A DNA stretch of 10,204 nucleotides, taken from a virus. The notes below the pieces were generated by a model that worked only from the letters and a program-made list of their open reading frames with translations, ran no database searches and was not told the origin of the DNA. The translations under genes and the position numbers were made by a program. This document shows positions 6,453 through 10,204 of this stretch, piece by piece (position 1 is the first letter of the stretch; each line of letters begins with the position of its first letter). Where the stretch lies: UHGV virus genome UHGV-1667404; one strand, written 5' to 3'.

Positions 6453-7859
6453 ATGGCTGATATATCAACACCCAACCTCGACTATAACGATATGCTGGAG
6501 GCGTGGGATATTAACGACGCACTGATGGGCGGTACGCTTGAAATGCGCAGGCAGGGGGAAAATTATCTCCCAAAATGGCCTAACGAAGATGAAGACGCTT
6601 ATAAAAAACGCCTGTCTGTGGCTACGCTACTTCCTGTGTATGAAGAAAGCATCAAGCAAAATATTGGGCGCATATTTGCAGAGCCGACAGTATTGAGTGA
6701 GGAAACGCCGGCAAAAATCAGGGAATATGCAGAAAATATCGACATGGAGGGGAGCCGACTGGATGTGTGGGCGCAGCAATTTTTCAGCCTCGCATTTCAG
6801 TATGGTGTGGCACATGCGCTGGTGGACTATCCACGAACGGATATGAAAGAGATTCGTACAAAAGCCGATGAAAACGCGACCGGTGGTCGTCCGTACGTTA
6901 CGATGCTGAATCCACGCCAGGTTATTGGATGGAAATCGAAAGTTGAAAAAGGGAAAGTTGTTCTCACTGATTTGCGTATAAAAGAGGTCATCATTATTGA
7001 TGGTGATGATTTCGGGCAGAAGAAGGTGGAGCAGATCCGCCATATTATGCCCCGTCGAGTTGAAATTTATCGACGTAGCGAAGGCACTAATGGCGAATCT
7101 GTCTGGACGCTTCATGAGTCATGGAATACCAGCCGTGATGATATTCCTCTGGTAACACTGTACACGAAGAAAACAGGATTTATGCGTGGTACACCGCCAT
7201 TGCTTAATCTTGGCTTGCTGAATATCAAGCACTGGCAAAGCCAGAGCGAGCAGGACAATATTCTTCATGTTGCCCGCGTTCCATTGCTGGTGGCCTACGG
7301 GCTGGACAGGAATGAAGAACTGACGGTTGGTGCATCCACCGCTACGATTTTTGAGGACAGAACAAAAAATGGCCTCGAATATGTTGAACATAGTGGCGCA
7401 GCGATAGAATCTGGCGAAACATCACTTGAGAAGCTGGAAAATCAGATGCGTCATGCCGGCGCTAAACTTCTGCGTGCTGAAAATACATCCACCAAATCTG
7501 TTGATCAGACTAATGAAGAGCGAATGCAGGAAAACTCGCCGCTTTATACAATGGCGAACTCCCTCGAAGATGCCCTCGATAATATTCTCCAGATAATGGC
7601 GGAATGGATCGGAGAGAGTTGCGGTGGCAATGTGGATGTGCGCACTGAACTGGATGTATCTGCCCAGGTGTTTGACTCATCCTCCGCGCTGGCTGTTCAG
7701 TCATTGCGTCAGGGCGGTGATATACGTCAGATTGATGCGGTTCGGGTGTTGCAGGCGTTGAAATTTATCGATCAGGATTCCCGTCCAGAGGAAGTGATCG
7801 ATGAATTAAAAAATCAGAGTGTAATGCTGATGGAAATCAATGATGCAAACCGTGAATGA
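6453..7859 (+). CDS. Portal protein (probable; DUF4055-like family from memory)
   Basis: 468-aa ORF starting 2 nt after the terL stop and followed by a Mu-F-like gene, which is the canonical position of the portal gene. The size fits. No specific motif was verified, so the call rests on synteny and general character. Confidence 0.7.
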   Translation: MADISTPNLDYNDMLEAWDINDALMGGTLEMRRQGENYLPKWPNEDEDAYKKRLSVATLLPVYEESIKQNIGRIFAEPTVLSEETPAKIREYAENIDMEGSRLDVWAQQFFSLAFQYGVAHALVDYPRTDMKEIRTKADENATGGRPYVTMLNPRQVIGWKSKVEKGKVVLTDLRIKEVIIIDGDDFGQKKVEQIRHIMPRRVEIYRRSEGTNGESVWTLHESWNTSRDDIPLVTLYTKKTGFMRGTPPLLNLGLLNIKHWQSQSEQDNILHVARVPLLVAYGLDRNEELTVGASTATIFEDRTKNGLEYVEHSGAAIESGETSLEKLENQMRHAGAKLLRAENTSTKSVDQTNEERMQENSPLYTMANSLEDALDNILQIMAEWIGESCGGNVDVRTELDVSAQVFDSSSALAVQSLRQGGDIRQIDAVRVLQALKFIDQDSRPEEVIDELKNQSVMLMEINDANRE

Positions 7860-8955
7860 ACGGCTGCGTGATGAATCAATTGCTCATGCAGTCTGGATAT
7901 CCCGCTATAGCACTGGCGTGGCTGCCAGAATGGTGAAAATACTGAATGACAGCGATGCGGAACTTACTGCTCGCCTGCTGATAGCACTGGACAGCCTCGA
8001 TCCAGGTAATTTTACCGTTAAGCGCCTGGAGTCACTTCTGGCGAGCGTCAGAAAGGTTAACCGCACTGCTATTAACAGCATGTTTACCAGTCTCTCCGGA
8101 GAGCTGAACGAGCTGGCAATTTATGAGGCTGGTTATCAGTTAAGTCTGTTTGATTCTATGCTACCTGATTTTGTTGCTGATGTTCACCCTCTGGTTGGTA
8201 TCTCTCCTGATGCACTTTATGCCGCTGCAATGGCGCGACCATTCCAGGGACGACTGCTCAGTGAGTGGGCCTCAGATCTTGAGGCGGATCGGCTCAGACG
8301 CATAACAAATACAGTGCGTCAGGGTTTTTTGCTGGGGGATACCAATGAGCAGATCGCAAGAAAAATTCGGGGACATGTCAGTAAGGGATTTCAGGATGGT
8401 GCATTGCAGATGAGCCGGGCTAATGCGGCCAGCATTGCAAAAACAGCGGTTGGACATCTTGCTGCTACTGCCCGTGAGAGTTTTGCCAGCGCGAATAATG
8501 ATTTGATTAAGGGTAAGCAATGGTTATCAACGCTTGATAATCGTACTACGCCACAATGTCGAATCAGGGATCGCCTCAAATATACGCTGAATAATAAACC
8601 TGTAGGTCACAGCGTGCCTTATTTGCAGGGGCCGGGAAAAATTCATTTCTGCTGCCGCTCAACGGAAACGTTCATTCTGAAATCAGCGAAGGAACTGGGT
8701 ATTGATGTTCGCGATATTTCCCCGGCTGAGCGGGCCAGCATGGATGGCGTGGTGGCCGGAGATACAACCTACAGGGAATGGTTTTTGCGTCAGCCTTACA
8801 CCAGACAAAAACAGATTGTGGGGGAAACCCGAGCAAAGCTGATTCGGGATGGTGGTATGTCGCCAGATGAATTTTACACCGATAAAGGCGAATGGCTGAC
8901 GCTGAAGCAGCTCCGTGAGCGTGATGCACAGGTATTCAGAAAAGCAGGGATTTAA
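7840..8955 (+). CDS. Head morphogenesis protein, Phage Mu F / SPP1 gp7 family (minor head protein)
   Basis: Contains the characteristic Mu-F-like motif LSTLDNRTTPQCRIRDRL plus a downstream HFCCRS. Its start overlaps the portal stop by 20 nt. Position after the portal gene is typical. Confidence 0.82.
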   Translation: MMQTVNERLRDESIAHAVWISRYSTGVAARMVKILNDSDAELTARLLIALDSLDPGNFTVKRLESLLASVRKVNRTAINSMFTSLSGELNELAIYEAGYQLSLFDSMLPDFVADVHPLVGISPDALYAAAMARPFQGRLLSEWASDLEADRLRRITNTVRQGFLLGDTNEQIARKIRGHVSKGFQDGALQMSRANAASIAKTAVGHLAATARESFASANNDLIKGKQWLSTLDNRTTPQCRIRDRLKYTLNNKPVGHSVPYLQGPGKIHFCCRSTETFILKSAKELGIDVRDISPAERASMDGVVAGDTTYREWFLRQPYTRQKQIVGETRAKLIRDGGMSPDEFYTDKGEWLTLKQLRERDAQVFRKAGI

Positions 8956-8974
8956 ATAAATCATTTATTACAAC

Positions 8975-9000
8975 AGGCTACCTTCGGGTGGCCTTTTTTA
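8975..9000 (+). terminator. Rho-independent terminator (8-bp stem with one G.U pair, UUCG tetraloop, 6-T run)
   Basis: AGGCTACC (8975-8982), loop TTCG (8983-8986), GGTGGCCT (8987-8994), then T-run to 8999 and A at 9000. It lies 20 nt downstream of the head-morphogenesis stop codon at 8953-8955. Confidence 0.6.
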
Positions 9001-9060
9001 TTGCTGCGATCCGGATGGTGAGCAGCGTAACTGTCGGAAGACTTAAACCAGGTACTAATA

Positions 9061-9824
9061 TGAAACTGAAAACGGTCGAGATTAACGGAAAACAATACGC
9101 AGAAATTGATACTGCTGGCCTGCCAGTTTATGTGCACGACGATGGTAAAGAAATTGGCTTCGATGCACCGCTGGCGACAAAAAAAATTACAGAGCTTAAT
9201 GGCGAGGCAAAAAATCATCGCCTGGCTAAAGAAGCTGCAGAGGAAAAACTGGCTAAGTTTGCCGCTATCGAAGACCCGAAGAAGGCGATCGAGGCACTGG
9301 AAATGCTGTCAAAAATTGACCAGAAAAAGCTGCTCGATGCGGGACAGGTTGACCAGGTTAAGGCAGAAATTACGAAAAATTTTCAGCAGCAATTAGATGA
9401 AGAAAAGCAACGCTCTCAGATGCTGGAGAAGCAGCTTTACGATTCTATGATTGGCGGTAGTTTTGCGGGTTCAAAATATATTGCCGATAAAATTGCGATC
9501 CCGGCAGATTTATTACAAGCCCGCTTCGGGCAGGCATTCAAAGTGGAAGAAGGGAGGATCGTTGCTTATGACGCTTCCGGCAACAAAATTTATTCCCGCG
9601 CGAAGCCTGGCGAACTGGCGCAGTTTGATGAGGCGCTGGAGTTCCTTGTCGAAAATTACCCTCAGAAAGACTACATCCTGAAAGCCAGTGGCAACAATGG
9701 CGGCGGCTCCCGTCCGACACAGCATGATATTGGTCAGAAAACGATGAAACGCTCTGCTTTTGATGCACTGGATGTTGCAGGTAAGCAAAACGCATTGAAA
9801 GACGGTATCACAATCGTTGATTAA
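9061..9824 (+). CDS. Putative scaffolding-like or head-assembly protein (hypothetical)
   Basis: 254 aa from ATG 9061 (MKLKTVEINGKQYAEIDTAG...). The middle is charged, helical and coiled-coil-like (AKEAAEEKLAKFAAIEDPKKAIEALEMLSKIDQKK...QQQLDEEKQRSQMLEKQ). It sits between the Mu-F-like gene and the presumed capsid region. The ORF-track start at GTG 8988 lies inside the terminator hairpin and was not used. The RBS is weak. Confidence 0.55.
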
Positions 9825-9922
9825 CACATTTGTCAGCTTCCGGATGGGAGCTGGTGTCAGGGCTGGATAGCTCATTACTCCATCTATTCACAATTACGCA
9901 AATTTTTAAGGAATATTTAATT

Positions 9923-10177
9923 ATGGCTGGAAATACCCTGACCGGGTTGATCCCGACTATTTATACCGCCCTGGATGTTGTATCCCGTGAGCAGGTAGGT
10001 TTTATCCCTGCGGTAGCAAAAAACGCAAAAGCTGACGCCGCAGCAAAAGATCAGACGGTAACCGCGCCAGTTGCGCCTGAGGCGAAAACCGAAGATATCG
10101 TACCGGGGCCGTCAGCTCCGAATACCGGTGATCAAAATATTGGCACTGTTGGTGATGATGCCAACTTACTGATTTAG
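9923..10177 (+). CDS. Small hypothetical protein (84 aa), possibly a head decoration or structural protein, or the 5' part of an interrupted capsid gene
   Basis: AGGA at 9909-9912 precedes ATG 9923 by 10 nt. Product MAGNTLTGLIPTIYTALDVVSREQVGFIPAV... followed by an Ala/Pro-rich tail, ending at TAG 10175-10177. A new ATG ATG at 10181 is in the same frame right after the TAG. The ORF-track start at 9830 has no RBS and is not preferred. Confidence 0.4.
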   Translation: MAGNTLTGLIPTIYTALDVVSREQVGFIPAVAKNAKADAAAKDQTVTAPVAPEAKTEDIVPGPSAPNTGDQNIGTVGDDANLLI

Positions 10178-10204
10178 TGTATGATGGTGTTTTTGAGGTG
10201 CTCC

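Noticed and set aside
6627-7391. Minus-strand ORFs (162 aa and 90 aa) antisense to the portal gene
   Set aside because: They are fully contained in the portal CDS and lack recognisable motifs or start signals. All other coding in the window is on the + strand.
8988-9060. GTG start at 8988 for the scaffold-like gene (ORF-track coordinates)
   Set aside because: Position 8988 lies inside the terminator hairpin stem and the N-terminal extension reads through the T-run; the ATG at 9061 is more plausible.
9513-9875. Minus-strand 120-aa and 85-aa ORFs antisense to the scaffold-like gene
   Set aside because: Same reasoning: antisense to a + strand gene, no RBS, no recognisable motifs.
1-10204. Scan for tRNA, rRNA, CRISPR arrays, IS elements and terminal inverted repeats
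   Set aside because: None found: no repeat-spacer periodicity, no transposase-like ORF and no cloverleaf-like segments. The only structured repeat is the TGCGCA array inside terS.

Overview
All convincing genes are on the + strand and collinear, which fits the late (lysis to head-morphogenesis) region of a lambdoid prophage from an enterobacterium. From memory it closely resembles the E. coli Rac prophage around rzpR/rzoR-trkG, but here the downstream genes look intact; this needs a database search to confirm. In order: the 3' part of the Rz i-spanin gene with Rz1 embedded in the +1 frame; a visibly AT-rich cargo gene encoding a TrkG/TrkH-family K+ uptake protein; a translationally coupled pair encoding a ParB/Srx-like protein and a protein with GT-A-like motifs; a small HTH ORF; a pac-type packaging module (long TerS, TerL, portal, Mu-F/SPP1-gp7-like head morphogenesis protein); a strong intrinsic terminator; a scaffold-like gene; and a small ORF at the window edge. 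No tRNA, rRNA, CRISPR array or IS element was seen. The most interesting candidates are the ParB-like + GT-A-like cassette just upstream of the terminase genes (possible DNA-modification or anti-restriction function) and a palindromic TGCGCA repeat array inside terS (candidate pac/TerS-binding site). All identifications rest on reading the translations and on recalled family motifs; no searches were run.
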